A stretch of 64,000 nucleotides of DNA from Marsupella aquatica (taxonomy: Eukaryota > Plantae > Marchantiophyta). Below the pieces are notes generated by a model, which was given only the letters and a program-made list of their open reading frames with translations, ran no database searches and had not been told where the DNA came from. The position numbers and the translations under genes are program-made. Positions 1 through 11,176 of the stretch are shown here, in pieces. Position 1 is the stretch's first letter, and every line of letters begins with the position of its first letter. The DNA lies in contig OZ316892.1 of the NCBI GenBank assembly GCA_973895155.1, forward strand, positions 4,238,510 through 4,302,509, read 5' to 3'.

Positions 1-639
1 TCGTAAGAAAACCAAGACAAAAATGACTCCCGCGGAGACATCCATACTTGCATATCGAGGAAAGTCAATTAGAGAGAGAACAACGGAGACGAAGAGTATC
101 CATCTCTTTGAATTGACTGAGATATCCGATTTTGGAATAGTCATTTGCAATGGGGCTGTCCGTCTTGTGATGGCAAGAAATGATAAAGCTACAGTTTTGG
201 AGAGATAAAAAATTCTCGGGTGTTTCTTTGAGAAGAACATGAAAGTTAAAGAGTGTATAGAGGGATTGGTTCTGCTAGTCAGCGACGACCAACAGGAAGA
301 CAAAATAAGCATTTGTTTGGATCGAACGCAATATATAACCTTCAATCAGCCCAGAATCAATGATCTTCTAGGTGCAAGGCACGCCTTGGAAAAAGTTACT
401 AGTGTGGAATCTATCCTTCCGATCCAGAGGGATCAACGGGAGATTTAATTTGTCAATACATTATTGACGTACTTGAGTTCCAGAGAGTTCCTTTCAACCA
501 GGGATTTCGCTTGGGAAAGGCCCCGCCAGTGAGCAAGGTTGAAGTATACTTGGCGGAGAATCTTCTGAAAGTAATTACCTCAGTGAATGTCGGGGCTCTA
601 TTCGATTCTTTCCTCAAAGAATATAGTGCTGTGAATATA

Positions 640-1110
640 TTTAACAGCAAGTCATTTTTTGTTGAGATATCACGTTGTCATCTTGCACCGGACCACATCA
701 AGTGCCGAGAGTGGAATCAGGATTACACAGATAGGCTAAAGAATTCACTCCTCTCTCATTCGGCTATAAAGTTTGAGAAGCGATGCTGCTTTTTAGTCCC
801 TGTGAAGTGGGTTCAGTCGGAGGCCGACAGAGATCCCGACTACAATGGGGCGCCCTACGATTCATCGCCAAAGGAGGAGGACATTATGACCAGTCATTTT
901 TGGATACTCGGAGGCCAGCACACAATAATGGCGTACAAATTGCTAAGAGAGGACGACAAAGTCAGCCAAGTTGTACGAGACGCTTGCGGTACTGTAGAAG
1001 CTGTAATGTTTTGGGCAACGCTCAACAACGACAATAATGTTCATTTGATGGGATTATCGAAAGCTCTGAACCACTGTCATCAAACATCAATGGAAGAAGG
1101 ACAGTTTCTC
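640..1110 (+). other. ParB/Sulfiredoxin-like N-terminal domain within the polyprotein
   Basis: FFVEISRCHLAPDHIKCREWNQDYTDRLKNSLL...FWILGGQHTIMAYKLL follows the ParB/Srx pattern (P..Q.R.......L..S then hhh.GxH/R), similar to DGQHR-type members. Confidence 0.55.
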
Positions 1111-2109
1111 ACCATTGTACGACAGTGTCGTAATATCTGGAACTCATTTGGGCGGCCTGGATCACATTATTGTCATCCAAATTGGAAGGTATATAAATAT
1201 CCCTCTTCGATCACATTATCATTTAAACTTTTGTCACGCGAACGGTCGCGTCAAGCTTAGAATTGTCATGTTTCCATTGTTTTTCAGGTATTTATGAGAG
1301 CTACGAGTTTTGTTTGCCCATGGGCTCAAATGGGGAAGAACGAAATGATGAAATTTGGAGAATTGGCTCCGTTTCTCTTTACAATGGAGGACGAAACATT
1401 CAAGAAGTGGATGGAGGTCTACGAACTATCAAGGACAGGAGAGCTTGTAATTTACAACAGAATTTTATAGAGGGATGCCATCAAAATTGCGGATAATCCA
1501 TGTGCTTATCATCTTCTGAAGAAGACGTTCCGTTCTTGTCAAGGGTGCTCAGACTCGGTTCTTCGAAAGGCAGCGGAATATATGTTGAGCGGAAGACTGT
1601 CTATACTCAAAAACCGAAGCATCAAAGTGAAATCTAGGAAGGCGAGGAAGTCCTCTGAGGCTCCAGTGTTGTCAACGACCAGCATGAGTTTGGAGCAATT
1701 CTGTATAAAGAAGAAGACGAAAGTTGAGTTTGAGATTTTATTATTGAGTAAACTCAACGGGGAGACATCCACCCGGACGGAGCTGAAAAGTCTGACAGAT
1801 TCAGCGCAGAAATTGCGGGTCAAAGGAATGATTGATCGCTTTAAGCTCAACAAGATGGTGCTGAAGCAGTTGAGACATGCGATGAGTGGTTATCTGAAGA
1901 AGTGCTTAAATGTAAATATTAGTAATGATAATTTGTTGAAGGAGATCGACCCTATATTCTACAGGTTGGTGGAAGGAATACAGAAATCAGTTGATAGTCA
2001 AGGAAACCAACTAGTGCGGCCGGTCGGTGAGAGGCTGAAATTGCGATCCCTACAGGATATACAAAATGCTGGGTTTGCAGACTGTATCATACGTGAAGAC
2101 AAGAACCTT

Positions 2110-2725
2110 GCGAGCTTGATTTATTTTGATCCCTCATCAATGGGAGATTTGCGTCCGCCAAATTGCTCATTCTATGAGGGGTTATTTCGTGCTACTAGCG
2201 AGATAGGGGCAAAACCACACCATGTGGTTATTATTGTAGCCTCTCTCGTTGAGTCTTACTTAATCAAACGGGAATTAGGGAAGTACACACACTACGTTGC
2301 TGTCGATAGCCATTATATTCAGAAGCGGCCGAAGGAGAAGAAGCTTATTGTAACCTACGCTTTTCACAGCTTGGCCTTCAGCACAATGGGCGATCCACAA
2401 GCCCTCGAGTTCCAATTGGTCTCCAAATATCAGATTGAGAAGATAGCCAATTTTGAAGAGAGCGGCGAGTTCACGACACCTTCCCCAGAAAAGATACTTC
2501 CATTCTTTGAAAGTATTGTTAGTCAATTCGTCCAATGTGGGGAATGGGCTATATGCTTCGGTGAGGGAACAAACTTGATCCAGTGCTTAATGGTAAGTTT
2601 TGAGATTTATATTTTGGGGTTTCAATTTTAAGATTATTTAGATTATTATATTCTCAATTAATATTGTGAACTAATTTCGGCTTTTTTTACAAGATGCTGG
2701 ATCCAATGTAAAATATTACTGCCCT
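2110..2725 (+). other. Degenerate beta-class amino (N6A/N4C) DNA methyltransferase-like domain
   Basis: SLIYFDPS (motif IV-like, cf. LIxxDPPY) precedes PEKILPFFESIVSQFVQCGEWAICFGEGT-NLIQCLM/DAGSNVKYY (cf. xEKP..L...I...T..GD.VLDPF.GSGT...A...GR..IG), which is the beta-class motif order. Key residues are diverged. Confidence 0.4.
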
Positions 2726-3142
2726 GTGGCAACGCATAGGGAGTTGTCTTGTTTCTTGCAACACACCACGGCGACAATTGATACAACGCTGTCATTGATT
2801 GACCCAGTACGGGCTAGTATAGAAAAATGTATAGATAAATTAATGAAGTACCGTCCATCCGTAACTGCTCTCAGGGCTGATGTTTTGGATGTCCTCCACG
2901 AACAACATATCCCTGATAATATTTGTAATCAAATATTGCAAGAGTATGCACTCTCTGAAGATTCTGATCGATTGTACATTCGACCAACGGAGTACCCTAG
3001 TGGGCCAATCCAAGGTAAGTTACTTTTGAAACCTCTTACTTTTTATTGCGTCACGCAAACATGCGCGTGGACATTCATAATATTTCTTTTCACGCGAATA
3101 TGCGCGTGAGTCATTCTTATCAAATGATCTGATTTTATTCAG

Positions 3143-4040
3143 ATCAAGTCGACTGCGGCTTCAATGTTGAGGATGCAGGGAGCAATGGTGATGCGGATGG
3201 TGAGGGGGAAGGTGACGTGGAAAGTGACGCGGATGGGGATGTCAATGACCAAGATCCAGAGTGGATGACCGATACGCAGAATGACATCGGAGATTCCGAC
3301 AATAGAGGAGATGAAGAGAGTGACGGAGAGGAGATGAAGGACGCTGAGGACGAGGAGATGGAGGGTTCTGAGGACGCTGAGGACTCTGATGAAGAGGCCA
3401 CACAAGAGCCTCGACATGAGGTGGACCGAGAGGAGGCGACCCGGCAGGAGGAGGCCAGAGAGGAGGTGGCCTGGCAGGAGGAGGCCCGGCAGGAGGCGGC
3501 CCGACAGGAGGAGGACAGGCTGGAGGAGGCCCGGTAGGAGGCGGCCCGGCAAGAGGAGCTTCAAAAGAAGGAGGCGGCCCAGCAAGAGGAGGCGTCCCGA
3601 CAAGAGGCGGCCCGGCAAGAGGAGCTTCAAAAGAAGGAGGTTAAGAAGAAAAAGGCAGCAGCTAGAAAAGCAACTGCCGCGAAGCAGAAGGAGAAAGCCG
3701 AGGCTGAGAAAGCCCAGGCTGAGAAAGCCCAGGCTGAGAAAGCGGAGGCTGAGAAAGCCCAGGCCGAGAAAGCCCAGGCTGAGAAAGCCCAGGCGGAGAA
3801 AGCGGAGGCCGAGAACGCGGAGGCTGCGAGAGTCCTTTTAGTGACAGAGGGAAATAGGGCCAAGGCGGAGAGTGTGGCGGCTGAGAGGCTGCTGGCCGAG
3901 AGGATGGCGGACGAGACCGCAAGACCGGAGAGGGTGGAGGTGGAGAAGTTGGAGGCAGAAAAGGTCGATTCCGCAAGACTGGAGACAGAAGAAGCCGCAA
4001 GACTGGAGGCAGCGAGGAAGGAGGCCGAGAGGGCCAAGGA
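3143..4040 (+). repeat. Coding low-complexity block: D/E-rich segment, then QEEA(A)R and 15-bp AEKAQ/AEKAE tandem repeats (coiled coil)
   Basis: Repeated gaggcggcccggcaggag and gctgagaaagcccag units in frame with the polyprotein. Confidence 0.8.
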
Positions 4041-4949
4041 TCTTTCGCTTATTCCTAAGGCACAACGTCTACCAAAAATAAGGCTGAATTTGAAGAAGCC
4101 TTCTTCACCCTCAGTTGCAGTTAAGAAGAAAATATTAGACTATTTTCTTCGCCCGGAGTTTGAATTTAACGATCCACCCTTAAGTACGGTCTTGTTGGAT
4201 GATTGGAATAAATATTCACCGGAGCAGCTCTGAGTCCAGGCAGTCCTTGCTTTGCAATATTGGAAGGGTCTTTTGATTACCGAGGAGAAGACTGCCACTG
4301 CATCCAGAATGGAGACAATCATCAATAATGTCCGCTTTTCCGAGAATCGAGTGCAAGACCTGGGAATGTTTTTGGCACCAGACTCGGCTCAAGTCGTTAA
4401 GAGACTAACAGCTGACTTGACCCGACCGGGTTCGTGGTCTCGACCCCGATATATTGCAGAGGTCACTCGCGCAGAAATTGTGGCACCGGATATTTTGGAA
4501 TCGGATTCCCAGATTGTGGAATATTTGAATCAAATGCCACAACCATTTGAAGGTCTTCCCGCCTCATCGCTCCAACCTTCGCAAACTGGTCCGATGGAGC
4601 GATCACTGCGGTCTCGAGGAGGGCTGAAGGATGTTGTTGCGATTGAGGCACCCAAGAGATCAGCTGCAAAAAGGCCGGATCCACCCAATCCAAAGGTCAT
4701 TCGCAAGCTATAAGCTTAAAGTTTCTATTATAGACGTCATTATTTTATTATTGATTTGTTATTGTTTCTGTTTTCTGAGGTAGAACCCTTAGGCTACAAC
4801 CTCAGTACGTTATTTGAAGGCGTACTGAAATCTCTATTTTTTGCAGTTTTTTGAAAATTTGGCTAGTCGAATAGATCAATGCCTTGATCCTTCTAAGGAT
4901 ATGGAAGAGCTATTGACCAAGTTCTTACAACACTCGATCAAGAGGAAAC

Positions 4950-5530
4950 ATATGATGTGTCTGAGACCGCGCGAGTTGCTCACCGATGATATAATTAACG
5001 CTTATTTGAGTTTTCTCGAACTGATTCTCGATAGAGTTGGAAAGTCAGACCTTGTCAAATTCTTCCAAACACACCATTTTGAGCTTCTCTCCATGGATCC
5101 TACCATTTTCGACGAGGAGAGAGCAGCTTGGACAAAAGGAGTTTCCGCTAAAAATCAATGAATACGACAAACTGGTCTTTCCAGTACACAATGCTGTGAA
5201 AGAACATTGGTCATTGGTAGTCTTGTATCCGAAGGAGAAACGGCTGGAGTACCTAGATTCTCTAGTTCATAATCGACAAAATCCTGGGGTGCTAGATATT
5301 GTTGGGAAGTACTACGCCGACGAAATTGGCTGAAGAACTGGTGTCAACTTGGATCTCTCAGGTTGGGAACGGATATATCGGAATGATATTCCTCACCAGA
5401 GTGACAGCCACAGTTGTGGTGTGTTTATCTTGAGATACGCCAAGTGCTTGTGTCAAGGAAACGAAATTAATTTTTCCGCGGATCAAATTGAGAAATTCCG
5501 TAGGGAGATAGTCTTGTCGTTATTTGACAT
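4950..5530 (+). pseudogene. Ulp1/SENP family (peptidase C48) SUMO protease domain
   Basis: LRPRELLTDDIINAYL, FPVHN..EHWSLVV, YLDSL and PHQSDSHSCGVFILRYA give the His-Asp-Cys triad and the oxyanion Gln. There is one frameshift (~5150) and one TGA (5331). Confidence 0.9.
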
Positions 5531-5979
5531 GGACTTCCGCAAGCCGACGTCCGCAAGTAACCTAGTTACCGGGATCCGTGCTGCTATGATTGACATTTCC
5601 GGCGGAATTCCAGCACTGAACGACCGTCTTGTATAGGTAATACACTTCATTTCAGTGTCTCTCTTTGTAGTCACGCGACCGTTCGCGTTATAAACTTATT
5701 TTCATTTCTTAATGTTTTACAGAAGCCTATCCTGAAACCCCCTGATCGAGTATCGAAGGCACCAGTCCGGAAGTCCGGTGATCGTCTGGAGGCGGGAAAC
5801 AAACAGACCGTTCTAGTACGTTCTCCAAACCCTGCGGCACAAAAATCACAGGTACAGATGGCGCCTAATCCATCGGCAAAGAAGTCACCGGTTCATAAGA
5901 GACTTGTAATTTTCGATCTGAATCGGGTACTTATCTGGTCAGAGAAGATCAGCCCTGGGATGCCCATTCGGTCAAGGGG

Positions 5980-8900
5980 TGTAGCAAGGTGATAAAGAGA
6001 TAAATGACTATTTATTCCTTAACAACTCGATTTCGTTCCGGTTAGGAGTGGATAAGATCGAAAAGACCTAATTAACACAATTTGAGAAGTTTACACCAAT
6101 ATTCTTAGGTTGGAGAGATTTCTAATGATCTCCTTAACATAAGTGTTTAACCACAAACTCAAGTGGGTAATCCTTAAGATTCACAGTGCAATAATAAAGA
6201 CTAGAATTAACAAAGATTGAAACTAGAGAGAGTAGATAGGAGTTTTCAAAGTGCAAGGGAATTGAATTTCTGACCATCACCACTCCTTCAATAAGGATTA
6301 TGGTCTAATTTAAGATTCAGAAATCAACATTTTCTATGCTTTTTGATTTCTCGTAGCAACTCTTCTCCATCTCTTGAATTTAGAAGATATGAACGTAAAT
6401 CAACCCGGGACACTTTTCTGGTCCTGTTGAGGACGGTACTAGGATACTCGAATTGGCTTACTTCTCCTACAATCCTTAAGATTGCTTGGTTGAGTTTTGT
6501 GCAAATGTCAATTTCCTCTTTGGTGAATCTTCCAAATGTATTGGTCACAAATCTCATTGATCTTCCAATATCATTATAGGCACACTCTAGCATTCATTGA
6601 ACATTTCACAACAACTCAAGGGTTGCTAAACTTCTTCCTTTTACTCAACCATGGTAAAAGAAAGGAAGAAAGACATAGATTCCTTCAAAGGCAATGAGGA
6701 AATCAAAATGTATGTTTTTTCTCTCTCGGTTGACTTTGGGTTCTTCTCCTTTTGTACTAAAAGTGAAGATTATGAAAAGACATGCCTCTTCAAAATCCAA
6801 GTCTAAAGAAGTATGTAAATAAAAGTAAACTATCCTAGTCAAAAATAGATTAGAGACTACAATGGATACATCAACAAAATATTGGAGTCTACTTACTCAT
6901 ATGCTAGTCTACATAGCCATTTCTAAGTCTAAACTAATGTGGCTCTAACTCTCTAAATATGACTCTATTCTGGTCCTAGCTTTTGGGAAGGAACCTCCTC
7001 AGGGTTAGCCATGGCAAGGGGTTCTGGTCGAAGGAAAACTCCTTGCTGGCCAGTGGTAAAAGGGATGGACGGGTCAATATCCATGTTCTCCTGATGGGCA
7101 CTTGGGTCATGAGAATAGGTGTAAGAATGGGAGTGGAAGTGTGTACTGGGAGTGGGGAAACCAGGAGGGTTGAGGGGTGATGAGGGGCCAGTGGAATAAA
7201 CTCCTTCATGAGGACTAGGAGAGAAAGATCTGGTAGTAAAGGGAGGAATCTCAGTATCAGCTAATAGCTCCTCTGTAGTCAAGTCACTCATCTCCCTTAA
7301 GGCTTCACAGGTCTTTGAGAGGCCTGTAAGTGCTACATCCACCTTGGTACTCACATCTACCACTAAATGGTTAATCTTGGAGAAAAGGATGGGTGTGGTG
7401 TTCTTGGCCAAATACTCATCATAAATTTGGGCCTTAAGAAGATCCAGAGAAGCTATCTTAGTCAAAGGCTCAATCAGATCCAAAGATTGAGTGATATTGA
7501 GTTGGAGAGTATGCTCAAGCTCATTCTTCTTCTTACTCCTTTCCAATTGCTGTTTGAGTTCAGATACCTTCTTCTTGAGGAACTCATTCTCCTTCTCCAA
7601 CTTCTTCTTATCTGTGGCATCACTCATGGTGGAGATCTTCTCAAGAATCTGCCCTGGTTTCACTCCTAGCTTCTGAGAAATGTCGGTGATGACCTTCTCC
7701 ATCATAGTGGTCTTCCTCTTCACCTTCTGGAACGTGTCTGAGATGATCTGGAAATCAGCTAGGGTGTCTTGGGAGGCATGGCCGGGTGCATCCGGACATT
7801 CAGCCGGGTCGACGAAGGCCGGGTCGGAAAAGTCCGGGTCGAGGTTCCGGGCAGCAGACCGGGTCTTTCGAGGATTTGTCTCTGCTGGTTTCTCATCCTC
7901 ACTGTCATCAGAGGTGGCCTGGGTGATATCTGGATCTGTCTCTCCATACTTGATGAAGTTGTACTTGGCCAATAGTAATTTCTTCTCCTCTCTGAACAAA
8001 ACTCCTTCAAAGCTATATAGATGTACCAGGTAGCAGGATAGGGGAGTAGGACTCTTGTTGGATAGGTTCTGTACCAACTTCCTTATCAAATCAAAGATAA
8101 GCTTAGCCCAGTTGACTTTTCTTTCTCCCTTGTAAGCAGCAACAATGGTAGAGCCAACTCCAACAGTAACTCTTCTTGGCTTCTCAGGGTACAGTAGGGG
8201 TAGCAGAAAGCTGAAGACTCGTCTCAGATCAGGATCCAAACATTTAGAAACATTGAACCCGTCCTTACTGTTGATGGCTCCTTTGAAGTAAGGAAGGATT
8301 AGGTTGACAGCTCTCCCCACTGGACCTTCTCCTTCATCTTCCAATACAAAAGCTCCTGCAATCATCATCTGAGTCCATCGCTCAGGTCGGCCTCTGGAGG
8401 TATCCTTAAACTCAGCCGGATACTCCTTAGATCGGATCTCTCTGATCATATCTTCGCTCTGATAACTCCAAGATAGCTCCATCAGAGACTCACAGCCCAT
8501 CCTGAGCAAAGACTCCCTCAGTTTGACCTTCTCAGCTTCACTGTCCGAAATAGCTGGCCTCAGAATTTTCATGGCAATAGGGACCTCCTTTCTCTTCGAT
8601 CGTCTCACAGGGGCTTTAACCGGAGTAGGTGCAGGTGATGTTGAGGTTGAATGCCCCTTAGAGATGCGAGAAGTGGACATTCCGGTTGGATCCGTCCCTT
8701 GCTCCATAGGACTTATCGAAGCAGAAAATGGATTCCAAATAAATGGCTTGCCTCCTCGTCGGCGAGCTCTACAATGCTGCGACTTCAGAATGGTCAATCT
8801 CTTCGGTGTCGACCAATGGTAGAAATGTCCGGGTAGACCTGGCTACGGCGTTTCTGATCAACTGACAAGAGCTTCTGGAAACATTGATCAATATCCCGTC

Positions 8901-9576
8901 AATCAAAATTCAGGTGCATCGAACGTGGGGCAAAGATAGACTCAAACGGGCCTGCAATGTGGATGTCCGGATCGACCTGGCCTTCGTTCTCATCACCGAT
9001 GTATGCACGATCAAAATCTCAAACTTCCTACCTTCACTCCCAGCGGCGGAGTAGGCATTCCCCTCACAACGAATCAGTCAGTACCCTCATATCCAGGCTC
9101 TCATCAAGAAATTCAAGATTGGTCCTATAATCTGGACCCAAGATCCTCTACCAAAAGGGTAGAGCCTCCTCACTCTACTGCTTTAACAGCCTAATGCACT
9201 CGGGAACTCAAAACCTACTAAGTTCGGCTTTGAGAGGTGTGAGAGGCCGGATCGACTCTCCTTCCTTATATCCGGATTCTGCTGTGGTCGTGCCTGTGTT
9301 TGACTTATGGTTTTAAAAACTTTGGCAATGGACATCTGTTGTTGAGTAGAGTCTCGGTATAAGCTTTATATCTCATTCCAGGTTTATAACAAAAAGTTCT
9401 GGGTCGATCCTCCTTCTCTAATATCAATCCGGGTTGACCTCAGATGGGCTTGAAAGTCTCATAACACTTCATAGTAGTCTTCAGGTCCCTCTTTAGCCTC
9501 ATTTGAGATCTTAAACTTAAAAATTCAAAAATTTATGGCTAGTTAACCCTTCCTTCATAAACATCCTTATCTCACA
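5980..9576 (-). mobile_element. 3597-bp solo-LTR-like insertion (TG...CA) with AGGGG target-site duplication
   Basis: Begins TGTAGCAAGG and ends CCTTATCTCACA (imperfect short inverted ends). Flanked by AGGGG at 5975-5979 and 9577-9581. Precise removal restores the host reading frame. No gag/pol and no terminal direct repeats are seen. Confidence 0.8.
6965..8797 (-). CDS. Intact 610-codon retroelement-associated protein of unknown function (likely ATG at 8707) with a coiled-coil C-terminal half
   Basis: Uninterrupted ORF. Motifs RGRPERWT, FLLPLLYPEKPRRVT, VNWAKLI and PTPLSCYLVHLY resemble (from memory) a repeat-derived hypothetical protein family abundant in Marchantia. TATA-like ccggatataagg lies upstream at ~9263-9275 on the minus strand. 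Confidence 0.7.
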   Translation of the reverse strand: MTILKSQHCRARRRGGKPFIWNPFSASISPMEQGTDPTGMSTSRISKGHSTSTSPAPTPVKAPVRRSKRKEVPIAMKILRPAISDSEAEKVKLRESLLRMGCESLMELSWSYQSEDMIREIRSKEYPAEFKDTSRGRPERWTQMMIAGAFVLEDEGEGPVGRAVNLILPYFKGAINSKDGFNVSKCLDPDLRRVFSFLLPLLYPEKPRRVTVGVGSTIVAAYKGERKVNWAKLIFDLIRKLVQNLSNKSPTPLSCYLVHLYSFEGVLFREEKKLLLAKYNFIKYGETDPDITQATSDDSEDEKPAETNPRKTRSAARNLDPDFSDPAFVDPAECPDAPGHASQDTLADFQIISDTFQKVKRKTTMMEKVITDISQKLGVKPGQILEKISTMSDATDKKKLEKENEFLKKKVSELKQQLERSKKKNELEHTLQLNITQSLDLIEPLTKIASLDLLKAQIYDEYLAKNTTPILFSKINHLVVDVSTKVDVALTGLSKTCEALREMSDLTTEELLADTEIPPFTTRSFSPSPHEGVYSTGPSSPLNPPGFPTPSTHFHSHSYTYSHDPSAHQENMDIDPSIPFTTGQQGVFLRPEPLAMANPEEVPSQKLGPE

Positions 9577-10355
9577 AGGGGTGTGAGACAGATGCACAAG
9601 GTTATCTATCCAAGGCCTGATTTAATGGAATTTCTTGAGAAGGTGGCAGATCTATACGACATTGCGATCTGGTCGTGCATGTTCAAACGGAATATTCTAT
9701 CTTGTGTAAGGCTGATACTTCGACCCGAAGTTTTGAAACGTATTAAATTTATATGGGGACAAGAATCAACTCGACTTATTGGGAAGAATAATAATGACAT
9801 CCCCTTATTTGTCAAATATCTCTCGGACATTGCCGCCGATATTAAAGATTACAACATCGAGAATGTCATTCTTATCGATGACGCTGCATATAAGACGAGC
9901 CTTAATGACTTCTATTCATCGCTGTATCCCGATGCATATTCTGGGCTTGATGATGACCTATTTTTTAGAAAGAAACTATATCCATATCTATGCGACATGT
10001 CAATTGACAAGTTGACATTCCGCGAGCTCCTTAGTGGATATGGGATTCCAACGTTCTCTCAAGAAAATCTTGAGAAAGATTATATTGATAAGACGAATCT
10101 TTGGAGGAGAAATGTGATCATTCGTAATTAGGGGAATAAAGACCATTTAGAAAAGTTTGACGAATTTATGAAATACTTATCTGTCGAAAAAGACCGTGCT
10201 ATAGAAGCCCGAGATAAGTCCAATAAGTAAACATTTATTGTTTATTATCAATTATTATTTATAAATTGATTGAAATTGAACTTTTGGGAGTGATGCGCCC
10301 GGTCGCGTGGTTGTTTGCAATTACATAATATGAGAATCGAATTGTTCATTTACAA

Positions 10356-11063
10356 GTGTCTAAGTGGAGCAGGTCGCGTCAACTTCTAGTTTTAGGACTG
10401 GAAAACTTCCTGTGCTCTGTTTCAAAATATACTCCTCAGCTCAAGTCAACACCCGGAATTCGTATCAAATCTCTATGTGTCGTTTCGAGGCCGCATCTTC
10501 ATGATCTTATAAAATTCTGTTATGATCATTTTGATGTGATGGTCTGGTCTATTCTCAACGATAAACTGGTTTATCAGATACTTTCAGAAGTGTTATCGAG
10601 CACCGACCTGTCGTAGCTGATATATGTGTTCACGCGGGATCATTGCTGGAATCTTGGTTATGTGAAGAAAAATTATAAGACTGTTGTCTTCAAATCTATC
10701 GAGAGACTACGTGATATGTTTCAAGATTATCAACCAAAGAATATAATCCAGATTGATGCCTGTCCTTCCCATACATGCCTGACAGCTGTATGCGGATTAT
10801 TGTTCGCTAAGTCGTTTCAAGGATCATTGGATGATGTCTTTTTGAGGGATGACCTCATTCCATAGTTACGAAAGCTATCAAATTCAGGGCTTTGTCTTGT
10901 GTTCGCTAACAAGTTCGATTATCCCATCTGGTCGATTAGAAATCTACATCAAGATTGGGATCTGAACGAGGATATATGGGAGCATCTGTACGTGCAGAGA
11001 CATGCGGATCAAGTTCTTATCAAGCACTTCAACAGACGTCACTTATCAATGGCCAGAGTGTAG
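10356..11063 (+). pseudogene. FCP1/NIF-like paralog copy 2 (catalytic DxDxT lost)
   Basis: LLVLGLENFLC..RPHLHDLIKFCYDHFDVMVWS..FKSIERL..NIIQIDA, with in-frame stops at 10614 and 10863. The C-terminus DYPIWS..QRHAD..FNRR matches copy 3. Confidence 0.75.
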
Positions 11064-11176
11064 AGGATGTTTTCTCTGTAATATGTGACGCGACCATTCG
11101 TGTGACTACATCCATACGGGCTCATGCATCTTCTTGTGTTTCTTTATAGGAGATTCATTGCAGCAGAGAAAATGGG

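Larger units (their letters stand above)
1..10230 (+). pseudogene. Spliced multidomain polyprotein pseudogene: ParB/Srx-like + N6/N4-MTase-like + acidic/coiled-coil + Ulp1 (C48) + FCP1/NIF HAD phosphatase
   Basis: Phase-compatible introns at 1189-1287, 2593-~2692 (acceptor apparently AG>AA), 3015-3142, 4696-4846 and 5637-5722 join the ORF-track fragments into one frame. It is broken by stops (206, ~1468, 3535, 4231, 5331, 5634, 10129), frameshifts (~415, ~5150) and the 5980-9576 insertion. Confidence 0.7.
5890..10230 (+). pseudogene. FCP1/NIF-like HAD phosphatase domain, copy 1, split by the 5980-9576 insertion
   Basis: KRLVIFDLNRVL (~5897-5935) rejoins in frame with VRQMHKVIYPRPDLMEFL..YDIAIWS..FVKYLS..NVILIDD once the insertion is removed. 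Confidence 0.85.

Noticed and set aside
3139-4081. Long Leu-, Arg-, Ser- or Pro-rich ORFs in other frames and strands
   Set aside because: Shadow frames of the E/A/K-rich tandem repeats in the polyprotein.
4802-4828. Dyad TCAGTACG-N11-CGTACTGA in intron 4
   Set aside because: Arms and spacer differ from the 20-bp palindrome family and it occurs once, so it was not counted.
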